Origin: Terriglobia bacterium
GTDB taxonomy: Bacteria; Acidobacteriota; Terriglobia; 20CM-2-55-15
Length of the DNA stretch: 64,000 bases
Direction: 5' to 3'
Assembly: GCA_965218585.1 (NCBI GenBank)
Contig: CBDCLE010000009.1
Location: forward strand, 96,001-160,000
Of this stretch, positions 49,036-58,538 are shown piece after piece (the stretch's first letter is position 1; every line of letters starts with the position of its first letter). The notes beneath the pieces are model-generated. The model saw only the letters and a list, made by a program, of their open reading frames with translations. It did no database searches and was not told the origin of the DNA. Made by a program: the position numbers and the translations under genes.

Positions 49036-49362
49036 TTGCGGAGAAGTATGCACCGGGAGTTGCGGGACGGTCGGTATGAACCGCAGCCGGTTCTCCAACG
49101 CCTGATTCCCAAGGCGGGCCAGCCGGGAAAGTTTCGTCCTCTGGGTATCCCGACGATCTATGGCCGGGTATGCCAGCAGGCGCTGCTGAACCGGCTGGAA
49201 CCGATCTTCGAGCCGGTGTTCGATGATACCAACTGCGGGTACCGGAGAGGGAGGTCCGCCCACGGAGCACTGCGCAAGATATGGAGTGAACTGGACGAGG
49301 GGCATGAGTGGGTTGTAGACGCGGATCTGAAAGACTTTTTCGGGTCCGTGGAAGAATCGTAA
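49036..49362 (+). pseudogene. ltrA: Group II intron reverse transcriptase/maturase fragment (RT1-RT3)
   Basis: Y.PQPV...IPK...RPLGIPT...V.QQA....LEPIFEP, GYR.GRSAH.A, WVVDADLKDFF. Stops before YADD. Confidence 0.88.
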
Positions 49363-49375
49363 ACTATAGCTATCG

Positions 49376-52093
49376 ATGCGCACAGAAATCACAGGAGAGC
49401 CGGTACCTCCGTTGTCCGACACGTGGTTTCTGGACCGCTTCGACCAGTGGGCCGAGGCCGAGCCGGACCGCTTTGCGTTTGCACTGGATCATTCGGACCA
49501 CGTTGACGAGTATTCCTACCGCCAAGCCCAGCAGGAATCCTTGCGCGTGGCGGCTGGCCTGACAGTTCACGGAATTGGAGCCGGCGACCGCATCGGCATC
49601 CTCATGGACAACTGTCCGCACTGGGTGTTTGCGTTGCTGGGGGCGTTGCGGATCGGAGCCATCGGGGTTCCGCTGTCGACGCTGCTGCCGCCGTCGTCGG
49701 TCCGGCGGCTCGTCGACCACGCCGAGTGCCGCCTGGTATTCGCCGATCAGTCCAATCTCAAGACCATGCTGTCTGCGATGGAGGGGAGCTCTGTGCCCGT
49801 CGTGGCGCATGCTCGAGTCGGCGAAGCTGTGGAAACGTGGGAAGCCTTCCTGGCCAAAGGGGCCAACACGGACTGGAAACCCTGTCACTCCCCGGATGGG
49901 ACAGCGGTCCTGATGTATACCTCGGGGACGACCGGGGATCCCAAAGGCGTTCAGATTTCGGCTCGTGGCCTTTCCCAGGACATCCACGGGATCCTCGAGT
50001 TGCTGGAACTCTCGCCCGACCAGCGCATCCTGTCCGTGCTGCCGTTCTCGCACGTCCTGCCGCTCGTGGCCAACGGCCTGGGAGCTCTCGCGGCTGGATG
50101 TGGCGTCGTCTTTCTGACCGCGGTCTCGCCGCAGGGGATCGTGGAGGCATTCAAGCGACACCGGATCACATTCTTCGTGTGCGTGCCGCAATTCTTCTAT
50201 GCGGTCCACAAGAGAATCTTGGGACAGGTGGAATCGCTCGGATGGATCCAGAGAACGCTTTTTGGAACCCTCATCGGTTTTTCGCGGAGAATCAAGAACC
50301 AGAAAATCAGCCGCAAGCTGTTTGCCAAGGTTCACCAATCGGTGGGCCCGGATCTCCAGTTGCTGATCGCCGGAGGGTCGCGCTTCGAACCCCGCGTCGC
50401 CGAAGATCTTCAGGCACTCGGCTACACGATGGCCCAAGCCTACGGTTTGACCGAGACCAGCGCCGCTGCCACGATTACACCGGTCAGGCGAAATGCTGTC
50501 GGTACGGTCGGTCTGCCGTTGCGGGGCGTCACGATTCGCATCCACGAACCCAATGAGTCGGGAATCGGGGAGGTCTGCATCAAGGGAGACATCCTGATGC
50601 AGGGCTACTACCGGAACCCGGCAGCGACGGCCGAAGCCTTGAGGGAGGGGTGGCTCTATACGGGTGATCTGGGGCGGCTGGACGAGAAGGGTAACCTCAC
50701 GCTGACGGGCCGAAGCAAGGATGTCATTGTTCTCTCGAACGGCAAGAACATCTACCCGGAAGAGGTCGAGGAACACTATGAGAAATGCCCATACATCAAG
50801 GAAATGTGTGTCATGGGCCTGCCGGATGCCTCCGGTCCGGGCGATGCGCTGCATGCGGTTGTGGTCCCCGATCTGGACGAGTTCCGGAAACGGAACCAGA
50901 CCGCCATCGCCGAAATGATCCGTTACGAGTTGGAGAATCGTTCCAAGGAGCTTCCCTCCTTCATGCGGGTGCGTTCCCTCACGGTGCGTAACGAAACCCT
51001 GCCCCGCACGCTGACGCGGAAGTTGAAACGGTTCGAGATCTACGAAGAGGAGACGGCTCGGGCGGGGTCGGTGAAGGGGCCGCAACCGAAGGTCGAAGAC
51101 CATGAGGCCCTTCGGAGTGGCATCGGCAAGACCGTTGCCGAGGCGATTCACGCGGCGAAGCCCGAAGCCGGACCCTTGGAGCCGGACATGAATTTTGATC
51201 TGGACCTGGGCTTCGATTCCCTGGGTCGCGTGGAACTGCTGGCGGAGATCGAAGGCGACCTGGGCGTTCAAGTTCCCGAGGAGAAGCTCAGCCAGGTACT
51301 GACGGTCGGCGAGCTTGTGGCCGCCCTTCAGGATGCCGATCGGATCAGCGTGACGGGACCCCGAAGCTGGAAGAAGAAACTTACTGCCGAGGGCGACGAA
51401 GCGCTGGGCCACGAATATATCCGCGAGTCCCGGGCCAGCCTGACTTTCTTCGGCTTTCCAACCATCCGGCTGCTGGGGATGATCGCCAAAGTCCCGTTCC
51501 GGACCCGGGTGACCGGCCTCGAAAATCTCCCCGCGTCCGGGCCTTTCATCATCTGTTCAAACCATGCATCGTATCTGGATCCGTTTCTGGTCTGCTCGGT
51601 CCTCCCATACCGGGTGATTCGAGACATCTTAATTCTCGGGTATACCGATTACTTTGAGGGGCCGCTCATGCGGCGGCTGGGAAACAGCGTCAATATCGTC
51701 CCGGTGGATCCGAACGCGAATCTGACGCGGGCCATGCGCATCGCCGCCGTGGGGCTTTGGAAGAAACGAATTCTTCTGGTGTTTCCCGAAGGCGAGCGAA
51801 GCTTTGATGGGCAGTTGACGGAGTTCAAGAAAGGCGCCGCGATTCTTTCGGTGGAACTCGACGCGCCCATCGTCCCGGTGGGCATACGGGGTACGTTCGA
51901 AGCCTGGCCCCGCAGTGGAAACCTGAAGGCCCATCCGGTCAGCATCGCGATCGGGCGGCCTCTCGACCCCGGCCAGTTCAGCGACGCACCGGATCCCTAC
52001 GGAAAGCTCAACGACGCCTTGAAAGAAGCGGTCGGGCGGCTTGTGGACTCCGATGCGCCCTACCCCCGGGGATCAGAGGAAGTGGCGAGCTAG
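49376..52093 (+). CDS. AMP-dependent acyl ligase - ACP - PlsC-type acyltransferase fusion
   Basis: YTSGTTGDPKG, YGLTET, TGDLG; ACP motif LGFDSL; acyltransferase motifs NHASYLD and FPEGERS. Confidence 0.88.
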   Translation: MRTEITGEPVPPLSDTWFLDRFDQWAEAEPDRFAFALDHSDHVDEYSYRQAQQESLRVAAGLTVHGIGAGDRIGILMDNCPHWVFALLGALRIGAIGVPLSTLLPPSSVRRLVDHAECRLVFADQSNLKTMLSAMEGSSVPVVAHARVGEAVETWEAFLAKGANTDWKPCHSPDGTAVLMYTSGTTGDPKGVQISARGLSQDIHGILELLELSPDQRILSVLPFSHVLPLVANGLGALAAGCGVVFLTAVSPQGIVEAFKRHRITFFVCVPQFFYAVHKRILGQVESLGWIQRTLFGTLIGFSRRIKNQKISRKLFAKVHQSVGPDLQLLIAGGSRFEPRVAEDLQALGYTMAQAYGLTETSAAATITPVRRNAVGTVGLPLRGVTIRIHEPNESGIGEVCIKGDILMQGYYRNPAATAEALREGWLYTGDLGRLDEKGNLTLTGRSKDVIVLSNGKNIYPEEVEEHYEKCPYIKEMCVMGLPDASGPGDALHAVVVPDLDEFRKRNQTAIAEMIRYELENRSKELPSFMRVRSLTVRNETLPRTLTRKLKRFEIYEEETARAGSVKGPQPKVEDHEALRSGIGKTVAEAIHAAKPEAGPLEPDMNFDLDLGFDSLGRVELLAEIEGDLGVQVPEEKLSQVLTVGELVAALQDADRISVTGPRSWKKKLTAEGDEALGHEYIRESRASLTFFGFPTIRLLGMIAKVPFRTRVTGLENLPASGPFIICSNHASYLDPFLVCSVLPYRVIRDILILGYTDYFEGPLMRRLGNSVNIVPVDPNANLTRAMRIAAVGLWKKRILLVFPEGERSFDGQLTEFKKGAAILSVELDAPIVPVGIRGTFEAWPRSGNLKAHPVSIAIGRPLDPGQFSDAPDPYGKLNDALKEAVGRLVDSDAPYPRGSEEVAS

Positions 52094-52330
52094 TGTTCTG
52101 TCCCGGAAATATATGAGCAGAGTCGTTTGAGCTTGGCAAGAATGGATTCGTATTTCCGATGAGAACCCCCGGCTCATGCCCGTACCGCGTCCTGAAAACG
52201 ACTGGGGGGGGCGATTCACAAAATCCCCCCATCACGATTTACACTGGCCTCGCCACTCGTCCCTTGTCTTTTCTTTGGTGTACGCCTCGATGCCGGGGCT
52301 GGCCGCGGCCGATCGGGCGTTAAGAGAAGT

Positions 52331-52469
52331 GGACGGGAGCGACCCCCCTTTTCGAGACCTCGGTGCGGGCATAGGGACGGGTGGCTTTTTACAGCCACCG
52401 TTCCGCCCCGAGGGACTCCCCATCATTTGTCAAGCGGCGGCCCCCTGCCGAATGGGGTCGCTCCCGTCC
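52331..52469. repeat. Structured element closed by a perfect 16-bp inverted repeat
   Basis: GGACGGGAGCGACCCC (52331-52346) / GGGGTCGCTCCCGTCC (52454-52469), with inner stems. Confidence 0.7.
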
Positions 52470-52804
52470 GCAGCATCCATCCTTGCAGGAAGGCAGTCGA
52501 ATCGATGAGGAAGCCGGCCCGCTCCGTGGACCGGCTCACCCAAAAAGACGACCCCGGCCCAGAAGCCCGTTCGCCCCCGGTTTCTCAGCGCTTCCCAGAG
52601 ACAGCGATGGGCGGCACCCCTTGAGCGCAACGCCGTGCTGGTCGCCTGTTAAGGATAAGCAGTGCCGCAGGGCAGCTTCAGGTGGGCAAGTTCATAACCT
52701 ACGCAGATCTTGGCACCCGATTGCGCAAGGGCCGCCTTCGCGCCGCTCCTTTCTAATTCTAAGACCGGTGGTTATCGCACTTGACAAATTGATAAAGGGC
52801 CTCC

Positions 52805-54454
52805 TCACCGTTCCCGCAGTACTCTCCTGAGCACCTTGCCCAGGGCGCTCTTGGGCAACTCATCCACAAACTCAATCCTTTTGGGAATCTTGAATTTTGA
52901 AAGCTTGTCCTGGCAGAACTGGATGATCTCCTGCCTGGAGAGTTCCTGGCCCGGTTCGACCACGATGAAGGCCTTGACCGTCTCTTCCCGGACAGCGCTG
53001 GAAACGCCCACAACGGCGGCCTCCACAACTTTGGGGTGCTGGTGCAGAACCTCTTCCACCTCCCTTGGATAGATGTTCATTCCCGCGCTGATGATCAGAT
53101 CCTTCTTGCGATCAACGATGGAGAAAAACCCCTCCTCGTCCATCACCGCCATATCTCCGGTGTAAAGCCAGCCTTCCCGAAGCACTTGGGCGGTCTCTTC
53201 GGGCATCTGCCAATAGCCCTTCATGACCTGCGGACCCTGAAGGGCAAGCTCGCCCACTTCTCCTGCCGGAAGCGGCGTCTTGGTCTCCGGGTTCACCACC
53301 CGGGCCACCGTATCTGAGACGGGAATCCCGATGGTTCCGCTCTTCCGATAACCATGAATGGGATTGACCAGCGCCACGGGGGAGGTCTCCGATAGCCCAT
53401 AGCCCTCCACCAATCGTCCACCGGTCAACTCCTCGAACCTTCGCTGGATGTCGACCGGAAGTCCCGCCCCACCGCTTACGCAGATTCGAATCGATCCAAC
53501 ATCCCGGCTGCTCACCTGCGGCTGCCGGTTGATGGCGTTGTACATGGAGGGCACAGCACAGAAGATTGTCGGTCGATGCTTCTTGATTTTCTTGATCACG
53601 TCGGCCAATTCAAAGCGAGGCAACAGGACCATCGCCGACTGACTTTCGACAGCCAGATGCATTCCCGTCGTCATCCCGTAACTGTGAAAGAAGGGGAGAA
53701 CACACAGACAGATCTCCTGCCCCTCCCGCACATCGGAGAGCCACCGGCGGGTCTGCAGCACGTTAGTAGCTAGGTTTCGGTGGGTCAGAACGGCGCCCTT
53801 GGAGACGCCAGTGGTGCCGCCGGTGTAAAGGAGAATGGCCGTATCGTCCGGACTTACATCAACGAAGGGGGCCGATGCCTTCCGCCGGATCAGGTCCCGG
53901 TACTGGTAGACGCCGTCCCCCGACGGCTTGGGAGCGGACCGGTTCTTCAGGCGATAGAGCACCGACAGCACGGGGGGGAGAAAGTCCGGAACTCGCGTCA
54001 CGACGATCCGACGAACGGAGGTATTGGTCCGAACCCGTTCCAGTCGGGGATAGAGCTGATCCAGGATCACTACCGTCTCTGTGCCGGAACTGCCTAACTG
54101 CCGCTCCAGCTCTCTTTCCACGTAGAGCGGGTTGGTGGGAACCAGGATTCCCCCTAAGCGGAGAACTGCAAAGTGGACAATAGGGTAGGCGGGAAGGTTG
54201 GGCAGGATCAAGGCAACCCGGTCGCCCTTCTTTACTCCCAGGCTTGACAGGGCGCCGGCGAAGGATTCGGCCAGCTCAAGCAGCCGGGCATACGAAAGCC
54301 GGGCGCCGAAAAACAGCGTGGCGGTGCTTCCCGGGTTCTTCGCCGCCGCCTCCTCCAACAGTTGATAGACGCTCTGTTCTGGATAATCGATGGTGTGAGG
54401 AACGCCTTCCTCATAGTGTCTCAACCAGATCCGATTGTCCCGTGTCTCTTCCAT
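52805..54454 (-). CDS. fadD: Long-chain fatty acid-CoA ligase
   Basis: YTGGTTGVSKGA, LPFFHSYG, EGYGLSE, GPQVMKGYW, TGD, LPKSALGK. Confidence 0.9.
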   Translation of the reverse strand: MEETRDNRIWLRHYEEGVPHTIDYPEQSVYQLLEEAAAKNPGSTATLFFGARLSYARLLELAESFAGALSSLGVKKGDRVALILPNLPAYPIVHFAVLRLGGILVPTNPLYVERELERQLGSSGTETVVILDQLYPRLERVRTNTSVRRIVVTRVPDFLPPVLSVLYRLKNRSAPKPSGDGVYQYRDLIRRKASAPFVDVSPDDTAILLYTGGTTGVSKGAVLTHRNLATNVLQTRRWLSDVREGQEICLCVLPFFHSYGMTTGMHLAVESQSAMVLLPRFELADVIKKIKKHRPTIFCAVPSMYNAINRQPQVSSRDVGSIRICVSGGAGLPVDIQRRFEELTGGRLVEGYGLSETSPVALVNPIHGYRKSGTIGIPVSDTVARVVNPETKTPLPAGEVGELALQGPQVMKGYWQMPEETAQVLREGWLYTGDMAVMDEEGFFSIVDRKKDLIISAGMNIYPREVEEVLHQHPKVVEAAVVGVSSAVREETVKAFIVVEPGQELSRQEIIQFCQDKLSKFKIPKRIEFVDELPKSALGKVLRRVLRER

Positions 54455-54585
54455 ACTTCTTCCCCGTCAGGGCTGATGACCCCGCTTGTTTGGTCCAATC
54501 CTGTCTTTCGCATCGAACTCCCCTGAGGGACGCCCGTGCATCGAAACTTACCGGGCAACCCGATCCCAACTCCGCGTCGGTGATC

Positions 54586-54684
54586 GCTGCCCACGCTGCC
54601 GCGCAGGGCGGTGGTGGGAGCAAACCGGTAGCGGCCGGAGAGCTTCCCGTTTGTCGTGGCACCGAAGAGATCGAAGTGCTGCCA
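54586..54684 (-). pseudogene. Fragment resembling TonB-dependent receptor barrel strands
   Basis: Hand translation: WQHFDLFGATTNGKLSGRYRFAPTTALRGSVGS. Confidence 0.4.
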
Positions 54685-54739
54685 GTTCCATGCCGGTCCG
54701 GTTTCCGCGTCGGCGCAGTCATGGCGCGCAGCATCCTAC

Positions 54740-55090
54740 TTACTGTTTCGTATGGCGGACAGTCTCTTGTTGCAGCTCTCGCTTTAGGGCTGCAACTGCC
54801 CGTTCCAGGCCATATCCATAGGGCCAACTTGGTTCCTGCGCTTCGCAGAGCGCACGGAAATTCATTATCGCGCTGACTTTGGCACGGAAGTTGATCTGGC
54901 CGGTCGGCTCTTTAGGCCTGTGGACTTGCCGGGACACAAAACCGGTTGCTTCGGCAACCTGTTTGAGATCCGCAGTATCTACCGAGCGATCGTTGCTGAT
55001 GCTCTTTTCGGGGAGTCTCCATCGATCAGGTTTTACTTGCTCGAACGCATCCCCAAAACCGAGATCCTGTGGTTCTTTTGTTGCGGTCAT
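54740..55090 (-). CDS. Small partition/stability protein (ParG-like partner)
   Basis: Overlaps the parA stop (ATGA). AEATGFVSR...TGQINFRA...LERAVAALKRE resembles plasmid stability determinants with an RHH-like C-terminus. Confidence 0.6.
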   Translation of the reverse strand: MTATKEPQDLGFGDAFEQVKPDRWRLPEKSISNDRSVDTADLKQVAEATGFVSRQVHRPKEPTGQINFRAKVSAIMNFRALCEAQEPSWPYGYGLERAVAALKRELQQETVRHTKQ

Positions 55091-55791
55091 GTGACCTCCT
55101 GCGATTGAGTGGTGTGCTTCGTGGCGGCGGTTACGGCCAAACGGCTAAGAACCTCCCCGGCAAACGCACGTGCATTGATAACCGCCTCATCGAGTTTGTA
55201 TGCGGCATTCGGGTTTAGTGTTTCGAGTGTCCCGCCAAAGGAAAATAGTTGACGGAACGCATCGCGTTCCAGGAGTTGTGTTTGAAGAACCGGCATTTTG
55301 GCTTGTTCAATCTGCGTCAAGATGTTGGACAGCGTTCTGGGTCGGATCGCGGCCCTCGTTTTTGTCAGGAAGAGTGCAAACGGGATTTTGATCCTGAAAG
55401 CCTGTTCGTGATTCCTAATCAGCTGCACGATCATGGCCCCAGCCCGAGCGTCCATGCTGGAAGGTTGGATCGGCACTAGAACGAAATCCGAACGGCTAAA
55501 GGCGTAGGCGACGACCGTGCTAGCCGTTCCTTCGAGGTCGATGATGACGAACTGAGACCGGATCTGTGCTTGATCAATAGCTTCGATGATGGTGTCTTCG
55601 GTCAGGTCAGCGAGTACTTCCAGTTTGTCGGGCTTGTCAGGTAGCTTGCTCCAGCCGTTGATCCATTTGAGGGGATCAGCGTCGATCACGGTAACGTCAA
55701 ATCCCTTCACCGCAAGCTCGGTGGAAAGAAGAAGTGCCGCAGTGGTCTTCCCAGCGCCGCCCTTCGGGCTTGCAAAAGTTATAACTGGCAT
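55087..55791 (-). CDS. parA: Plasmid-type ParA ATPase (short, type Ib/VirC1-like)
   Basis: PKGGAGKTT deviant Walker A, VIDADP, IIDLEG, VLVPIQPS.MD. No N-terminal HTH. Confidence 0.88.
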   Translation of the reverse strand: MPVITFASPKGGAGKTTAALLLSTELAVKGFDVTVIDADPLKWINGWSKLPDKPDKLEVLADLTEDTIIEAIDQAQIRSQFVIIDLEGTASTVVAYAFSRSDFVLVPIQPSSMDARAGAMIVQLIRNHEQAFRIKIPFALFLTKTRAAIRPRTLSNILTQIEQAKMPVLQTQLLERDAFRQLFSFGGTLETLNPNAAYKLDEAVINARAFAGEVLSRLAVTAATKHTTQSQEVT

Positions 55792-55876
55792 TGCCTGAAA
55801 GCTCCGACAGATTTGAATAGAACGAACTTCCTGAACAACATCTCTGTCAGCAACGAGGATAGCAGAATTGATAGAG

Positions 55877-55904
55877 ATAGCAAGTACTGTCAAGTACTTG
55901 CTAT
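55877..55904. promoter_or_regulatory. Perfect 11-bp inverted repeat upstream of parA (operator/centromere candidate)
   Basis: ATAGCAAGTAC-TGTCAA-GTACTTGCTAT, with flanking GATAG repeats. Confidence 0.55.
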
Positions 55905-55943
55905 TATCCACTTAAAGATAAGGCATGTCCTCCTGCCAGTACC

Positions 55944-56012
55944 GTAGCCGGTGATGCCGGTGGCGCGAAAGCTGTGTAAGTCAATTTTGGCTTCGATACC
56001 GTCCGTCGCCGC
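55944..56012 (-). pseudogene. Tyrosine recombinase fragment (box II)
   Basis: Hand translation: AATDGIEAKIDLHSFRATGITGY (H-x-x-R motif). Confidence 0.65.
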
Positions 56013-56280
56013 TCCGCAGATAGTGCGGTGGCAGGAGCTCTGCTGGCAGCCGGCAGATCCTAGAATGGATCAGCGGTTCGCTTTGACAACGTAAAAAGAG
56101 CCCACCCCGATCGAGTAAAAAGGACCCACCCCCCGGGTTAATGGTTTGTAAGTAAATCCGCCGTCGGGGTTGCGGGAAGTGTGGAAGCCGAAAGCTTCCA
56201 AGCCGCGGTGGTAACGCGCCGGCTTTGCAGCGGGTTTCCACGGTGGCGACACTTTCCACAGCCGCTCGCTCGCGTGTGTT

Positions 56281-57072
56281 TCACGCGGAACCTTGGGCGG
56301 ACCGGGGTTTCTTCTTCCGTTTGCCCGCGGCACCGAGACTCTCGGTGAAGCGGATACTTTCCCAATCGAACTGATGAATCGCACAGTGATGGGTCAATCG
56401 GTCCAGCAGGGCCGCGGTCAGGGCGGCATCGCCGAACACGCTGGTCCACTGCGCAAACGGCAGGTTCGACGTCACGATGAGGGAACCCTTTTCGTACCGG
56501 TCCGAGAAGACCTGAAACAGCAACTGGGCGCCCTCGGCCGAGAACGGGATATAGCCGACCTCGTCGACGATGAGCAGCTCGAAGCGGGACAACTTCGCCA
56601 GTTGCCGCTTCAACTGTCGCTCCTCACGGGACTCGATCAGCGTATTGACCCGCCCCGCGGCCGTGGTGAACCCGACGCGGTAGCCCCTCCGGCAGGCTTC
56701 CACGCCCAGCACCGTCGCGGCGTGGGTCTTGCCGGTGCCGTGCTTGCCCAACAGCACGACGTTCTCGCACCGGGTGATGGTGTCGCACTCGGCATAGTCG
56801 CGCACCTGGACCGCATCCAGTGCCGGCCACTTGTTCAGGTCGGTCGTTTCCAGGGTTTTCAACCGTGGGAACCGGGCCGTGCGCAACCGGCGCTGGATCT
56901 GATTGGCTTGCCGCTGTTCCAACTCGCGACTGGCCAGAGCCAGCAGAAAGCCGGGGTACCCCTCGCCGGCTTCCTTGGCCTGCCGGCCGTATTCCCGCCA
57001 GGCACGGACCATGGCCGGCAACCGGAGCTGCCGCAATGCGTCGTCCAGGACCACCTCCTGTCCCGGAGTCAT
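56281..57072 (-). CDS. istB: IS21 helper ATPase IstB
   Basis: LRLP, ARFP..KTL, GKHGTGKTH, LIVDEVGY.PF, TSNLPF..W, ALLDRLTHH. Confidence 0.92.
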   Translation of the reverse strand: MTPGQEVVLDDALRQLRLPAMVRAWREYGRQAKEAGEGYPGFLLALASRELEQRQANQIQRRLRTARFPRLKTLETTDLNKWPALDAVQVRDYAECDTITRCENVVLLGKHGTGKTHAATVLGVEACRRGYRVGFTTAAGRVNTLIESREERQLKRQLAKLSRFELLIVDEVGYIPFSAEGAQLLFQVFSDRYEKGSLIVTSNLPFAQWTSVFGDAALTAALLDRLTHHCAIHQFDWESIRFTESLGAAGKRKKKPRSAQGSA

Positions 57073-57906
57073 CGCACACCTCCAGCCAACAGGTCGTATC
57101 GATTCAGATCGGTTCCGGCAATCGCCCGGTCCGTGATCCCGGGCATCAGTCCGGACTCGAGCGGGGCATGGGATCGGGCGGGTGCGTCCTCCCGCATCAG
57201 AATGTGCCGCACCGCTTCCAGTTCGACGCAGTGGGCATCGAGCGCATCCTGGACGGCGGCCGACACCCGGCCCAGATCCCAGTTCTGGTGGAGTTGCAGG
57301 ATGCTGATGAACTCCCGGGTGCCCCGGCTGTACCCATGCCGGTCCCGCAACCGCTCCAGCACCGTCTCGTAATGGGCCGGCCACTGGGGCCGCCACTGCC
57401 GGATCGGGCGGGCACTCTCAAACGAGGCCACCTTCCGCCGGATCAACTCCAGGTAGTGCAACGGATCGGTCCGCCAGTCGCTATGACCGAAGGCGCGGGC
57501 ATGTTCGGCCACCTTCTTCTGGTCCGCGTAAAAGCTCACCCGGTCACAGCCGATATGGGCCCAGAGCCGGCGTCCCACATACGCGGTCGGCACCGAGTAG
57601 CGGTTCGAATCCACCTGGGCGGTCTGGTACCGGCTGATCCGCACGCCCACCACCTTCGTGTTTTCGAATGGCGTCTCGGGCAGCGCCAACAGGCGCTCTT
57701 TCTCGACCGCGTGCCGTTCCCCGATCGTGCGGGCGTCGGCCCGGCCGCCGATCCGGCGCTGCTCGTCGGTCGCGCAGCGTTCCAGCAGCTGCGCGTTCAG
57801 TTCCTCGAAGTCGGCCACCTCGGGAACCGGCACCAGGAAATTCCGGCGTGCGAAACCGACCAGGCCCTCGACACCACCTTTCTCCTGGCCCCGGGCCGGA
57901 TTACAA
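57069..57906 (-). pseudogene. istA: IS21 transposase IstA, C-terminal half
   Basis: [39 protein letters not shown]. Confidence 0.88.
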
Positions 57907-58538
57907 CCAGCTCCGGCGCGCTCTGGCCCGGTGGTTCCGCTACGAACTGATCGCCATCGACGAAGTCGGCTACGTGCCGCTGGCGGACCTGGGGGCCGAA
58001 CTGCTGTTCCAGGTCATCTCGGATCGCGCCGAGCGAGCGACGGTGATCCTGACCACGAATCTGCCCTTTTCCGAGTGGACCCAAGTGTTTCCCAACGTCC
58101 GGCTGTGCAAAGCGCTGCTGGACCGGATCACCGATCGCGCCCACATCATCGAGACCGGAACCGACTCCTACCGGTTCCGTCGGACGTTGGAGAAACGGCA
58201 GAAATCGCGGCCTCGGGCCGGGAAGGAGAAACCCGCGACAAAACCCACCTCCTGAGGGCCGTACCGATCCGCGATCGTCGATCCTCGGGGATCCTGGAAA
58301 GGAGGTTTTTTCCGAAAGAAAAAGAACAAAAAGAAAGAAACGGAGACCTGTGGAAGACGACGCTGCTGATGGAAATCCTGAAATCAGGATTCCCACAGCA
58401 GCTTGGAAAAGCCTCGCCAAGAACGCTCGGCTTTTCCCACACAGGCCCGGCGGTGTCCTTCACTGCCTGGACCTATTAACCGAAGGGGTGGGCCAAAGCA
58501 AACGATCAGAAGTGGGCCATTCCGGGTGGACAAAGCCA
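57907..58538 (+). mobile_element. IS21-family element B (3' half of istB to 58255, then right end)
   Basis: [12 protein letters not shown]...TTNLPFSEW...[18 protein letters not shown]. Right end GGGGTGGGCC...GTGGGCC...AAGCCA. Confidence 0.85.

Larger units (their letters stand above)
56084..57906 (-). mobile_element. IS21-family element A (right end, istB, 3' half of istA)
   Basis: Terminus TGACAAC at 56084 with repeated GTAAAAA..CCCACCCC. istA and istB ORFs present. Confidence 0.88.

Noticed and set aside
48925-49362. RT ORF as a retron, DGR or defence RT
   Set aside because: Motifs and flanking RNA are group II intron type, it lacks YADD, and its N-terminus is translated intron RNA.
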